A DNA stretch of 63,907 nt from Candidatus Bipolaricaulota bacterium (GCA_040752575.1 JBFMGK010000076.1:1-63907), one strand, 5' to 3'; shown: positions 29,000 to 38,999, numbered from the stretch's first letter. The notes: generated by a model from the letters alone, not told the origin. Translations and numbers: made by a program.

Positions 29000-30406
29000 A
29001 TGAGATACGACTACGACGTTGGCGTGATCGGTCTTGGCCCTGCCGGGATGGCGGTCTCGATCATGGCCGCCGAGATGGGCCTGCGTGTTCTCGGCGTCGA
29101 GAAGCGAAGCCTCGGCGGCGAGTGCATGAGCGTGGGCTGCATTCCGAGCAAGGCCCTGCTGAGGATGGCCCACGCGCGGCACGCCGTGACGCAGTTCCCC
29201 GAACTGGGCCTGGCGGCGACCGCGCCCCCGGCGCCGACCGACACCTTCCGTCGTATCGCCGATCGCCTGCAGTTCATCGATGAAAAAAAGACAAGGGCGA
29301 TGTTCGCCAAGGTCGATCTGAAGCTCCGCGAGGGTCCGGCAACGTTCATCGATCCCCACACCATCGAGGTCGCAGGCCAACGCCACACCGCGAAGAGGAT
29401 CTTCATCTGTGTCGGAACGCGGCCGGCCATGCCCCCGATCCCCGGACTCGACCGCGTGGACGCGCTCACCAACGAAACCCTCTTCTCAATCGACCGCGTG
29501 CCGGAGAGCCTGGTCATCATCGGAGGCGGCGCCATCGGCTGCGAGATGGCCCAGGCGTTCTCTCGCCTGGGCGCGCGGGTCTCGGTCGTGCACATGGACG
29601 AGCACCTCCTGCCTCACGGGGACGCCGACGCCGGACGAGCGCTCGAGGCGAGGTTTTCCACGGAAGGTATCGATGTGTACAACGGCCGCCGCATCAGCGA
29701 GGTCTCCTCGTCGCAGGGCATTGTCGCGGTTCGCACCCACGTCGGCGAGACCCTGCGCGGGCAACGGCTTCTCGTCGCCGCAGGGCGCCGGTTCGACCTG
29801 GCGGAGCTGCGTCTCGACAACGCGGGAGTGAAGTTTTCCGAGCGAGGAATCCGCGTTGACGCGACGCTCCGGACGACGTGCCGCCACATCTTCGCGCCAG
29901 GCGACAACAATGGGGCCTACTTATTCTCGCACGCGGCAATGCATCAGGGGATGATCGCGCTCATCAACTCGATGGTCCCGCGTCCGTTCCGCCGCAAGTA
30001 CCGCTCGTATGTCGTGCCGTGGACGGTGTTCACCGAGCCGCAGGTCGCGCACGTGGGTTGGCTGGAGCGAGACCTCAAAGCCCACGACATCCCCTACGAG
30101 GTCCTCGAGGCGAAATACGAGGACTACGGCGCGGCCATTGCCGAGAACATCGCAGTGGGAGGCGTGCGCGTCTACGCGAGTCCGACCGGAAGGATCTATG
30201 GAGTCCGGATCATGGGCGAGGGCGCCGGCGAAATGATCAACGAATGGGCCCTGGCCATCCAGAGCCGCCTACGAATCCACCGGTTGGCGTTTCTGCAGCA
30301 CAGCTTCCCGTCCATGTCCTTCCTGACGAAGCGCGCCGCGGAGGGATGGATGATGAACCGCATGAAGAACCCGTGGGCGCGGAGGCTCGTGCGTCGCCTC
30401 GTGTAG
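29000..30406 (+). CDS. Pyridine nucleotide-disulfide oxidoreductase (Lpd/MerA-like family)
   Basis: GLGPAG, GGECMSVGCIPSK, IIGGGAIGCE, FTEPQVAHVG. Confidence 0.9.
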   Translation: MRYDYDVGVIGLGPAGMAVSIMAAEMGLRVLGVEKRSLGGECMSVGCIPSKALLRMAHARHAVTQFPELGLAATAPPAPTDTFRRIADRLQFIDEKKTRAMFAKVDLKLREGPATFIDPHTIEVAGQRHTAKRIFICVGTRPAMPPIPGLDRVDALTNETLFSIDRVPESLVIIGGGAIGCEMAQAFSRLGARVSVVHMDEHLLPHGDADAGRALEARFSTEGIDVYNGRRISEVSSSQGIVAVRTHVGETLRGQRLLVAAGRRFDLAELRLDNAGVKFSERGIRVDATLRTTCRHIFAPGDNNGAYLFSHAAMHQGMIALINSMVPRPFRRKYRSYVVPWTVFTEPQVAHVGWLERDLKAHDIPYEVLEAKYEDYGAAIAENIAVGGVRVYASPTGRIYGVRIMGEGAGEMINEWALAIQSRLRIHRLAFLQHSFPSMSFLTKRAAEGWMMNRMKNPWARRLVRRLV

Positions 30407-30423
30407 CGGGGGCACGGCATCCG

Positions 30424-30452
30424 TTGACACCCTGAAGGGTGAGGGCTATCAT
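30424..30452 (+). promoter_or_regulatory. Sigma70 promoter of the rpsI operon
   Basis: TTGACA-N17-TATCAT. Confidence 0.75.
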
Positions 30453-30490
30453 CCACCGACTGCGAAATCGGTCGAGGAGGAAAGAGCTTC

Positions 30491-30928
30491 GTGGAGCAGG
30501 CAGACAAGAGACTACCCAAGCGAGTGGGGAACTACATCCACGCGATCGGTCGCCGGAAGCGTGCGACGGCGCGGATCTACCTCGCGGAGGGCTCGGGCAC
30601 GCTGTTGGTGAACAACCGCCCGGCCGAGCAGTACTTCGGATCGTTCCTCAACTCCCAGGAGTATCTGGAGAAAGTGCTGAAGGTCCCGTTCTACATCACC
30701 GGAACCGTCAACCGCTTTGACGTCAAGGCACGGGTCCGCGGTGGTGGGTTCACCGGGCAGATCGAGGCCGTGCGCCTCGGCATCGCTCGCGCCCTCTGCG
30801 GCGTCACGTCGGAGTACCGCACGCCGCTGAAGCAGGCCGGCCTCCTCACTCGCGACGCGCGCGAGGTCGAGCGGAAGAAGATCAACCGTCGCAAGGCGCG
30901 AAAGAGCGAGCAGTACTCCAAGCGCTAG
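30491..30928 (+). CDS. rpsI: 30S ribosomal protein S9
   Basis: GRRKRATAR, GGGFTGQ, LLTRDAREVERKK, QYSKR. Confidence 0.97.
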   Translation: MEQADKRLPKRVGNYIHAIGRRKRATARIYLAEGSGTLLVNNRPAEQYFGSFLNSQEYLEKVLKVPFYITGTVNRFDVKARVRGGGFTGQIEAVRLGIARALCGVTSEYRTPLKQAGLLTRDAREVERKKINRRKARKSEQYSKR

Positions 30929-30945
30929 CGAGCCAGGAGCCGACT

Positions 30946-31176
30946 GTGAAAAAGGGCATTCACCCCGAGATGAAGAAGGCCGTCGTTCAGTGCGGATGTG
31001 GAGCGCGACACGAGACGCTCTCTACGGTGGCGGATATGCGCGTCGACATCTGCTCGAAGTGCCATCCGTTCTTCACCGGCGAGGAACGGTTCGTCGATAC
31101 CGAGGGACGAGTCGAGCGTTTCCAGCGCAAGTACGCCGGCCACACGTTGTCGACGAAGAAGAAGGCCGACACGTGA
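30946..31176 (+). CDS. rpmE: 50S ribosomal protein L31 (Zn-binding type)
   Basis: KKGIHP, CGCG, CSKCHPFFTG, GRVERF. Confidence 0.97.
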   Translation: MKKGIHPEMKKAVVQCGCGARHETLSTVADMRVDICSKCHPFFTGEERFVDTEGRVERFQRKYAGHTLSTKKKADT

Positions 31177-32057
31177 AGCCGCCGATCGGCGGACAAGCGG
31201 TCATCGAAGGCGTCATGATGCAGAACGGCGACCGAGTAGCGGTCGCCGTTCGTCATCAGACAACGGGTGAGATCATCGTCCGTCCACTTCCGGTGCATCG
31301 CCGCTTCCCTCGTCTGGGGAAGATTCCCTTTGTACGGGGGACGTTTCGCCTCTTCGACATGATGTCGCTCGGTCTCCGGGCGCTGAACATCTCGACGCAG
31401 ATCGCCTTCCCCGAAGAAGAGAAAATGAGCAAGGGGGCGAACTTCCTCGCCTTCGCGTTGGCAATCGTCGTCGGCGTCGGGGCGTTCATCGTTCTCCCGC
31501 TCTTCGTCACGCAGAGTCTGCCGACCGTACGCCTCGGTCATCCGATTCTCTTCAATCTCGTCGAGGGATCCATCCGTCTCGCGCTGTTCTTCGGCTACCT
31601 CGTGGTCATCTCGTTCATGAAGGACATTCGCCGCGTGTTTCAATACCACGGCGCCGAGCACAAGGTCGTCTACACCTACGAGGCGGACGAAGAACTGACG
31701 GTGGAGAACGCGCGCCGACATACAACGCTTCACCCGCGCTGCGGAACGGCCTTCTTGACGACGGTCTTTGTGATCGCCATTCTGGTCTTCTCGCTGGCCG
31801 GGAACCCCGCGCTGTGGCTCAAGATCTTGTCGCGTCTTCTTCTTCTCCCGGTCGTTGCCGGGGTCTCGTACGAGGCCCAGCGCTATACGGGCCGCCACTT
31901 CGATCGACCCTGGGTCCGCGTGCTGGCGCAGCCCGGCCTATGGTTGCAGCGTCTCACGACACAGCCGCCGACGGACGACATGGTCGAGGTAGCTCTGGCG
32001 GCCCTGCAAAGTGTGCGCGACGTGGCATCGGGCGAGCCGGTGAGCGTGACCGCGTGA
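31173..32057 (+). CDS. DUF1385 (YqhQ-like) membrane protein
   Basis: IGGQAVIEGVMM, FQYHGAEHK, HPRCGT, LQRLTT. Usual position after rpmE. Confidence 0.9.
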   Translation: MKPPIGGQAVIEGVMMQNGDRVAVAVRHQTTGEIIVRPLPVHRRFPRLGKIPFVRGTFRLFDMMSLGLRALNISTQIAFPEEEKMSKGANFLAFALAIVVGVGAFIVLPLFVTQSLPTVRLGHPILFNLVEGSIRLALFFGYLVVISFMKDIRRVFQYHGAEHKVVYTYEADEELTVENARRHTTLHPRCGTAFLTTVFVIAILVFSLAGNPALWLKILSRLLLLPVVAGVSYEAQRYTGRHFDRPWVRVLAQPGLWLQRLTTQPPTDDMVEVALAALQSVRDVASGEPVSVTA

Positions 32058-32076
32058 GAACGCGAAGACCTCCGCG

Positions 32077-33084
32077 CTAGAGAGAGAGCGACGCATCGAC
32101 TCCCGTGGACAGCGGGTGCGACTCCCCGAGTTCAGCATGCCGAAACGCCGCGACGGCGGCAATCATCGCTGCGTTGTCCGTGCAGAGCGTGATCGGCGGG
32201 AACGAGACGAAGATCCCGCAGCGCGTCCCCTCTTCGACCAAGTGCCGCCGAAGGTGCGAGTTGGCCGCGACACCCCCGACAACGACCAGGCGGTCGCGGC
32301 GAAACCTACGGGCGGCTTCGAGGGACTTCTTTGTGAGAACGCTGACGACGCTCGCCAAGACCGACGCCGCGAGATCCTCGCGTCGTTCGCGCGGATTCTT
32401 GCGCACGTGATAGAGGGCCGCCGTCTTGAGCCCCGAGAAGCTGAAGTCGAAGCCTGCGGACGCCTCGAGGGGGCGCGGAAGCGGCACCGCGTCGGGCCGA
32501 CCTTGCGACGCGAGGGCATCCATCTTCGCGCCGGCCGGGTATCCGATGCCGAGCATCTTGCCGATCTTGTCGATCGCTTCGCCGGCGGCGTCGTCGACGG
32601 TCGTTCCGACGACGTGGTACTGGCCGTACTTGGCAACGTCGACGAGCAACGTGTGTCCACCCGAGACGATCAGCCCCATGAACGGCGGCCCGGCCTCGGG
32701 AGCGTGAAGTCGGTGGGCGAAGAGGTGTCCTTCGAGGTGGTTCACGCCGACAAACGGTGCCCCGAGGGCAAAGGCAAGTCCCTTCCCGTGCGAAGCCCCG
32801 ACCAGCAGAGGACCGACGAGCCCGGGTCCTATCGTCGCGGCCACCAGGCTCACATCGCGCAACGCGATACCGACCCGTGTCGTCGCCTCTGCGACGAGAT
32901 ACGGGAGCTTGACGACGTGGTTTCGAGACGCGACTTCAGGAACGACTCCGCCGTAGCGCGCGTGCAGATCGGCTTGCGAGTACACGGAGTTCACGAGGAT
33001 CTCCGTCTGGCCGCGTAGGAGGGCGACCGACGTCTCGTCGCACGACGTCTCGATCGCCAGGGTGACGCGCGGAGACTCGTTCAT
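32077..33084 (-). CDS. tsaD: tRNA N6-threonylcarbamoyladenosine transferase
   Basis: IETSCDET, GGVVPEVASRNH, NHLEGH, SGGHT, FSFSGLKT, TDNAAMIA. Confidence 0.96.
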   Translation of the reverse strand: MNESPRVTLAIETSCDETSVALLRGQTEILVNSVYSQADLHARYGGVVPEVASRNHVVKLPYLVAEATTRVGIALRDVSLVAATIGPGLVGPLLVGASHGKGLAFALGAPFVGVNHLEGHLFAHRLHAPEAGPPFMGLIVSGGHTLLVDVAKYGQYHVVGTTVDDAAGEAIDKIGKMLGIGYPAGAKMDALASQGRPDAVPLPRPLEASAGFDFSFSGLKTAALYHVRKNPRERREDLAASVLASVVSVLTKKSLEAARRFRRDRLVVVGGVAANSHLRRHLVEEGTRCGIFVSFPPITLCTDNAAMIAAVAAFRHAELGESHPLSTGVDASLSL

Positions 33085-33659
33085 CCCACGAACTCGCCCT
33101 TGAGAACGCCGATGAACGGAAGGTTTCGGTACAACTCCGCGTAGTCCATCCCGTAGCCGACGACGAACGCGTCATGCTCCAACGCGAAGCCGACGTAATC
33201 GACTTGAGCCGGGATCTCGCGCCGCGCCACCTTATCCACGAGCGTGCACACTCGAACGCTTGCCGGGTTCCGCGACTCGAGATTTCGGCGTAGGTACTCA
33301 ATCGTGTACCCCGTGTCGATGATGTCCTCGACGATCAGGACGTCGCGGCCCTCGATCGGACGCTCCAGGTCCTTTACGAGTCGTACCGCTCCGGGCGCCG
33401 TTCCGTTGCCGTAGGACGACACGCTGATCAGGTCGATCTCGACGGGCATCTCGAGCGCCCGTGCGAGGTCTGCCGTAAAGATCATGGCTCCGCGAAGAAT
33501 CGCCACCAACAAGAGGGGGCGGCCCTTGGCGTCGCACGCCAACCCGCCGGCCCGGTAGTCGCGCGCAATCTGCGCGGCGAGTTCACGGACCCGGCGAGCA
33601 ATCGACTCCGCGTCATACAGAATCTCACCGATACGAGACCGAAGGTCGATCGGCTGCAT
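33081..33659 (-). CDS. hpt: Hypoxanthine phosphoribosyltransferase
   Basis: VLIVEDIIDTGYT, FVVGYGMDY, YRNLPFIG. Confidence 0.95.
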   Translation of the reverse strand: MQPIDLRSRIGEILYDAESIARRVRELAAQIARDYRAGGLACDAKGRPLLLVAILRGAMIFTADLARALEMPVEIDLISVSSYGNGTAPGAVRLVKDLERPIEGRDVLIVEDIIDTGYTIEYLRRNLESRNPASVRVCTLVDKVARREIPAQVDYVGFALEHDAFVVGYGMDYAELYRNLPFIGVLKGEFVG

Positions 33660-33792
33660 GCCTCACCTCTTGTCGGACTCCGAGATGCAAGCGAAAGCAT
33701 CAGTGCCAATAGCGCACGTCCGGCTATTGGCACCGAACCAGTGTACCGCCCCGACGGGGCGATCTGCAATGTCCCGACCGTCTCTCGCGGCG

Positions 33793-36063
33793 CTATCCAT
33801 CCAGCTTCGCACGGCGAAGCCGGTTCGCGTTCAGCACGACGTTGATCGAGGAGAGGGCCATCGCCGCCTCGGCCACCAGCGGGTGAAGAAGCCCAAGCAC
33901 CGCGAGCGGAACCGCGACGATGTTGTACGCAAAGGCCCAGAAGAGGTTCTGTCGGATCTTGCGAAACGTTGCACGCGCTAGGCGCACGGCTCGCGCCGCT
34001 CCCGCGAGGTCGCCCGAGACGAGCGTGACGTCCGCTGTCTCCATGGCCACGTCGGTGCCCGTGCCCAGCGCGATGCCGACGTCGGCTGCGGCTAGGGCGG
34101 GAGCATCGTTGATCCCATCTCCGACCATCGCGACCCTATGCCCCGTTCTCTCTCGCAGATCGCGAATCACATCGGCCTTCTCTCCCGGCAGCACCTGGGC
34201 GACGACGCGATCCACGCCGATCTCCCGGGCCACAGCCTCCGCCGTCAGGACCCGATCTCCAGAGAGAAGGATGAGTTCCAGCCCGAGTTTGCGCAGCGCG
34301 GCTACGGACGCGCGTGCCTCCGGCTTGATGGCGTCCGCAACCCCGAACAGACCCAGGATGCCGCGCTCCCGATCTGCGACGGCCACCACCGACCGTCCAG
34401 AAGACTCCAAGCGCCGCGCGACAGCGGCCCACTCGCGAGGCGCCACCCCTTCCGCCTCCATCCAGTCGAGATGACCAATCCGAACGTCTCGGTCCTCGAC
34501 AGTTCCGGCGATCCCTCGCCCGGGCAGGGCGACGAATCGCTCGGCTCTGGGCAGAGCGATCTCTCGGCGCACGGCCTCACGGCAGAGCGCCTGCCCCACG
34601 GGGTGCTCGGAGTTCGCCTCGAGGGCTGCGGCAAGTCGCAAGACCTCGCGCTCGCCGGCCTCGCCGGCCATCACGTCGGTCACCTCGGGGCGACCCACGG
34701 TCACGGTACCCGTCTTGTCGAGAGCCATGACGCGGACGGCCGACAACCGCTGGACGGCGTCCCCGCGTCGCAGAAGAATGCCACGGCGGGCGCCGAGTCC
34801 CACCCCGGCAGCAAGGGCCGTGGGCGTAGCCAACCCCAACGCGCAGGGACACGCGATGACCAGCACGGCCATCGCGGCGTAGAGGGCGCGCGTCGCGACG
34901 GGCGCGGCCTCCGCGACCCAAGGGAGATGAGCGGCAAGCGGCGCCGCCAGGCGTGCCATGACCTCCGGGGCCCACATCCACGCGGCGAACGTCCCCGCCG
35001 CGAGCACGACCACCGCCGGAACGAACCAGCGCACGACGCGGTCGGCAAACGCCTGGATCGGCACTTTCGACGACTGGGCCTCGCGGACAAGACGTGCAAC
35101 CTGAGCGAGGAACGTGTCTTCACCAACGCCGGTCGCACGAACGTGCAGAGCCCCCTCGCCGTTCACTGTACCGCCGATGAGGGACTCGCCGACGCCTCGC
35201 ACGACAGGCATCGACTCGCCGGTGGCCAGCGACTCGTCGATCGAGCTCTCGCCCCACTCCACCACGCCGTCCGTCGGGATCTTCTCGCCGGGACGCACGA
35301 TCATCAGGTCGCCGACCGCGAGGTCGCGAACCGAGATGACCTCCTCGCGTCCTTCACGAACCACGCGGGCCGTTCGCGCCTCGACGTCGAGCAGGCTGCG
35401 CAAGGCGGCGGTCGTCCGGCCGCGCACCGAAGCTTCAACAGCACGACCGGTCAGGTGAAAGGCCATGATCATCGCCGCGATGCCCGAGTAGTCTGCGACC
35501 ATCGCCCCCCCGCGGAGATGTGCGAGCAGCGTCAGAGGCCCCGTGGCGAACGAGGCCAGCGCCCCCAGCGCAATCAACGTATCCATCGACGGCGACAGCC
35601 GTACGGCCGTCCTCCATGCCGAGCGCAGGGTCGGCCAGCCGGCGATGAAGACCGCGGGAAAGGACAGAACGATCATTCCGACGTGAAAGACGAGCGCCGA
35701 GGGCCAGCGAACCCCCAACACCATTTCGGGGAGCATCCAAGCGACAAGTGGCAGTGCGAGGGCCCAGGCGAGAAGTGCTCTGCGTCTTGCCGCCCGGGCT
35801 CGGGCGGCCTCTTCGTCCAACCCGCGGTCGGGGGCTTCGGAAACGCTGTACCCAGCGGCGACCACGGCTTGCTCGAGGGTCTCGAGCATCACGTCGTCGC
35901 TTGCCGTAACCCTCGCGCGTCCCCCGACCAGGTCGACCTCGGCGCGTTCGACGCCCGCAACGCGCCCCAGCGCGCGCTCGACGGCTTGAGCACAGCTTGC
36001 GCAGTGCATGCCGTCCACGCGCAACGTCAAGGCCCGTTCCGGGCGCGCATCTCGTCTCGCCAT
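33793..36063 (-). CDS. copA: Cu(I)-type heavy-metal P1B ATPase
   Basis: HMA GMHCASC, TGES, CPC, DKTGT, SEHP, GDGINDAP, YN and MALSS. Confidence 0.92.
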   Translation of the reverse strand: MARRDARPERALTLRVDGMHCASCAQAVERALGRVAGVERAEVDLVGGRARVTASDDVMLETLEQAVVAAGYSVSEAPDRGLDEEAARARAARRRALLAWALALPLVAWMLPEMVLGVRWPSALVFHVGMIVLSFPAVFIAGWPTLRSAWRTAVRLSPSMDTLIALGALASFATGPLTLLAHLRGGAMVADYSGIAAMIMAFHLTGRAVEASVRGRTTAALRSLLDVEARTARVVREGREEVISVRDLAVGDLMIVRPGEKIPTDGVVEWGESSIDESLATGESMPVVRGVGESLIGGTVNGEGALHVRATGVGEDTFLAQVARLVREAQSSKVPIQAFADRVVRWFVPAVVVLAAGTFAAWMWAPEVMARLAAPLAAHLPWVAEAAPVATRALYAAMAVLVIACPCALGLATPTALAAGVGLGARRGILLRRGDAVQRLSAVRVMALDKTGTVTVGRPEVTDVMAGEAGEREVLRLAAALEANSEHPVGQALCREAVRREIALPRAERFVALPGRGIAGTVEDRDVRIGHLDWMEAEGVAPREWAAVARRLESSGRSVVAVADRERGILGLFGVADAIKPEARASVAALRKLGLELILLSGDRVLTAEAVAREIGVDRVVAQVLPGEKADVIRDLRERTGHRVAMVGDGINDAPALAAADVGIALGTGTDVAMETADVTLVSGDLAGAARAVRLARATFRKIRQNLFWAFAYNIVAVPLAVLGLLHPLVAEAAMALSSINVVLNANRLRRAKLDG

Positions 36064-36413
36064 TGCACCTTGAGGTTCCACGGCGAAAGCCTATCCAGAC
36101 GGAGTGAGCACGTTTCGCGGACCTCATGGAGATGCCGTGAGCGTTCTCTAGAAAGACTCGAGGGCCTTGCTGCCAGGCAAGGCCCTCGCGGCAAGAGTGA
36201 TCGCCGTGCAGTCTCTTGCGAAAGTACGCTTCTCTTCTTGTGTCCGAATCTTATCGCATCGGTCGCGCCCTGACAAGCGTGGACAGGCCAGAGCCGACCG
36301 TATTGACCCGCGCGGAACCCAGGATGTTCCCCACCAACCCACGACGCCGTCGCGAGCCATGCACCGAGCTTGACGAATCACACAGCCTGCGGTCTACTAT
36401 CCGCGGAGGTCCG

Positions 36414-37454
36414 ATGCGCCGAACCACGGGGATTCTGCTGCTTGCCTTAGCGATGGCTCCCCTTGCCGGCTGTGACGAGCCGATCGTGCTCTCGGCTTGG
36501 ATCATCCCCGAGGTCGGCCACGTGCCGTACGAGGCGAACCTCGTCTGCACGCCCCTTGCGGGAACGTACACCGTGCGACTTCCCGACGGGACGACCCTCG
36601 TCTCGGAGGAGAGCGAGATCCCCGTGATCGTCGACCTCTTGGATTGGGCGGCCGAGGTCACGTGGTCAGACGGCCGGGACGTCCGCAACGCGGTCGCTAC
36701 GGCACGAGGCAGCAACGCGCGGCCCACGATCTGGCGGCCGCGGCTCAACGGCGATCCATACCTCTGGGCCCTGCGCCCGCACGAAAAGACGCTGATCGAC
36801 TTCTCTCATGTGGCCGGCGGGCTGTCGGGGCCGTCCACCGGCGTGCACTACGACGGCGTGTGGCGCCTTGTCGAGGTGCGTGTGGAGGCCGAAGCCAAAG
36901 TCGTCTGCGGGGCGCCGATGGGCGACTCGATCTACACCCCGCCGTGGGAAGAGGACGTCCTCCACGCCGAGTACGGCGGCCGGATCGTCGACCACGCCGT
37001 CCTTGTCTACCCGCTGCTCACCATGGAGACCCATGCCAACGGACGGCCGTACGCTCCGGCGGCGATGACCGGCTATCCCTATGATCCCTACACGCAGCGG
37101 AACGTCCTTCTTGGGGTGCAGTTCCCCGAGCAGACGGCAACAATCTACGTCGCGGTCGAGGACGAGTGGGGACGCGTGACGCGTGCCGCATTCGAGATCC
37201 CTGTCGGCGCAACGTCCACGTGGACACCAGATCTCGACGCCGACCACCATCACACCAACCCCGTCGTCCCCGACAAGCCGGAGACCTTTGCGGGAGCCGC
37301 CTTCTTCGTGAGCGGCACGAGGGACGCGACCTATCACCGCCGCGACTGCCCCGAGGTCTGCGGGATCCCCGGCACGGAGCGCCTGTACTACGCGAGCGAG
37401 GCCAACGCAGAGGCCGCGGGGAAACGGCGTTGTCCCTCGTGTTTCGAGTACTAG
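36414..37454 (+). CDS. Lipoprotein with C-terminal Ada-like metal-binding motif
   Basis: Lipobox LAGC. C-term YHRRDC...AEAAGKRRCPSC. GGAGG RBS. Confidence 0.7.
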   Translation: MRRTTGILLLALAMAPLAGCDEPIVLSAWIIPEVGHVPYEANLVCTPLAGTYTVRLPDGTTLVSEESEIPVIVDLLDWAAEVTWSDGRDVRNAVATARGSNARPTIWRPRLNGDPYLWALRPHEKTLIDFSHVAGGLSGPSTGVHYDGVWRLVEVRVEAEAKVVCGAPMGDSIYTPPWEEDVLHAEYGGRIVDHAVLVYPLLTMETHANGRPYAPAAMTGYPYDPYTQRNVLLGVQFPEQTATIYVAVEDEWGRVTRAAFEIPVGATSTWTPDLDADHHHTNPVVPDKPETFAGAAFFVSGTRDATYHRRDCPEVCGIPGTERLYYASEANAEAAGKRRCPSCFEY

Positions 37455-37610
37455 ATGCCACCTTCCCGCCGTTGTTGAGCCGCGTCAAAGCCTTCGCCGT
37501 GCGGCCAAAGCCAATACGACAGGTTGGACCCGGCACATCGAGCCGCAACGTGGAACGCGATTTCTCTCGCCAGCTTCCTTTCGCTAGACTCACCGAAGAG
37601 GTGATCAGCG

Positions 37611-38717
37611 ATGCGAAGGATGGGGGCTCTTGTCGGGATTCTGCTCTGCGTGCTATCCCTGGCGGCCCAAGCCGGTTCCGTCCGTCTTTGCGACTACGTG
37701 TCTCCGGAGACCGACCTTGCCGACCTCGGGCTCTCGTTCAGCTACCGCTACTTCAACGACGGTGCGACCGAAGGGCTGGAGGAGAGCGGCGGACGAGTCG
37801 CCGTGAACTACGATCAGATACACGATTCGCCGAATGTCGGGTTCACCCTCGCGGCAAGCGGCGAGCTCCTCTTGACGGGACTTGAGCCGAGCGGCGGCCT
37901 CGGTGAGGGATCGGGGACATTCCGCTACTACTTGACGAAAGACCAACCGCTCTTTGGGTTCGGCGGACTGGAAGCGTCTTTCGCAACAGGGCTTCCGGCG
38001 CCGGCGGCCAGCCTGCGCGTCGGGATCGGCTACGGACGTTTCTCCGACGTCACGCCGCTGGCCAAGGCGTTCGCGATCCAAGACGAACTCCTGCAAGCGG
38101 GGTCGATTCGCGGCGTGCTGCCCGGGGAAACCCTCCTGAAGATCGCGGAACTCATCGGGCAGAGGGCGACGTACGACAGCGTGGAGGACCTCGCTGCGGC
38201 CGCCGTCGCGATGATCCAGACAGCCTCCGAGATGGTGATCGCACCGCGGCAGGTGCTCATGGTCGAGGACGTGATCGCTGCGACGGGCGACGAGCGAAAC
38301 TGCGGTTGGGCCGTGCAGGCCGGCCTCGGCTATGAGCTGATCGACCCCTACGGCGGCGCGCGCAATCTCCTGTTGACGGCGTCGGCCGATCTCGCCCTGG
38401 CCCCCGACGCAGCAAGCCAGCTTCTCTGCCGCGCGAGTTTCTCGGGCCCGTTCAACATCCTCGAAGAGAACACGCTGACGGCAAGGGCGTCCTACGCGCG
38501 TACCCTCTCCGAGACCAGCTCCATGACCGCGACCTACACGCTTCAGCGCATGCAGCCGTTGGGGCTGGCCGCGAGCACAAGCCATGCGCTCGCGGCGGTT
38601 CTCGGCTTCGTCGTCGGCGAGGCGGACGTTGGGCTCCAGATCTCCCTCACGAAGGCGGCCGACGTGCAGGAGTGGACGGTGGATGTGACGCTGAGCGCGT
38701 CGCTGGACCTGTTGTAG
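37611..38717 (+). CDS. Secreted/envelope hypothetical protein, beta-strand rich
   Basis: Signal peptide ending AQA and alternating amphipathic strands. GAGGTG RBS. Confidence 0.7.
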   Translation: MRRMGALVGILLCVLSLAAQAGSVRLCDYVSPETDLADLGLSFSYRYFNDGATEGLEESGGRVAVNYDQIHDSPNVGFTLAASGELLLTGLEPSGGLGEGSGTFRYYLTKDQPLFGFGGLEASFATGLPAPAASLRVGIGYGRFSDVTPLAKAFAIQDELLQAGSIRGVLPGETLLKIAELIGQRATYDSVEDLAAAAVAMIQTASEMVIAPRQVLMVEDVIAATGDERNCGWAVQAGLGYELIDPYGGARNLLLTASADLALAPDAASQLLCRASFSGPFNILEENTLTARASYARTLSETSSMTATYTLQRMQPLGLAASTSHALAAVLGFVVGEADVGLQISLTKAADVQEWTVDVTLSASLDLL

Positions 38718-38732
38718 GATAGAGAGGGGCAG

Positions 38733-38923
38733 AGCTGAGGCGGGCCCGTCGGGAGCATGGGCCCGCCTCAGCGTCTCGTTCAGGATTCGTAACCTGGGCC
38801 CTCCAGAGTCGTCTTTGGTACTCTGGACGGCTTGGCAGTTCGCCGTCAGCGAACTGCGACAAGTTCTCGCCGGCCAGGGGTAAAGCTGAGGCGGGCCCGT
38901 CGGGAGCATGGGCCCGCCTCAGC
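38733..38923. repeat. Two identical 40-bp palindromic repeats (38733-38772, 38884-38923) downstream of tRNA-Arg
   Basis: AGCTGAGGCGGGCCCGTCGGGAGCATGGGCCCGCCTCAGC twice, period 151. Confidence 0.92.
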
Positions 38924-38925
38924 TT

Positions 38926-38999
38926 TACCCCCGACAGGATTCGAACCTGTGACCTACGGTTTAGGAAACCGGCGCTCTATCCTACTGAGCTACGGGGGC
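38926..38999 (-). tRNA. tRNA-Arg(CCT)
   Basis: GCCCCCGTAGCTCAGTAGGATAGAGC..CCGGT-TTCCTAA-ACCG..GGTTCGAATCC..CGGGGGTA. No encoded CCA. Confidence 0.95.

Noticed and set aside
28124..29386. 815-aa ORF as a thiolase fusion
   Set aside because: The extension overlaps the GNAT and oxidoreductase genes in other frames. The thiolase starts at 28123 with its own RBS.
29000..30406. Mercuric reductase MerA
   Set aside because: No C-terminal Cys-Cys pair, no NmerA domain and no mer genes nearby.
38733..38923. 40-bp palindromic repeats as a CRISPR array
   Set aside because: Only two copies, a 111-bp structured spacer, no cas genes, and tied to a tRNA end.
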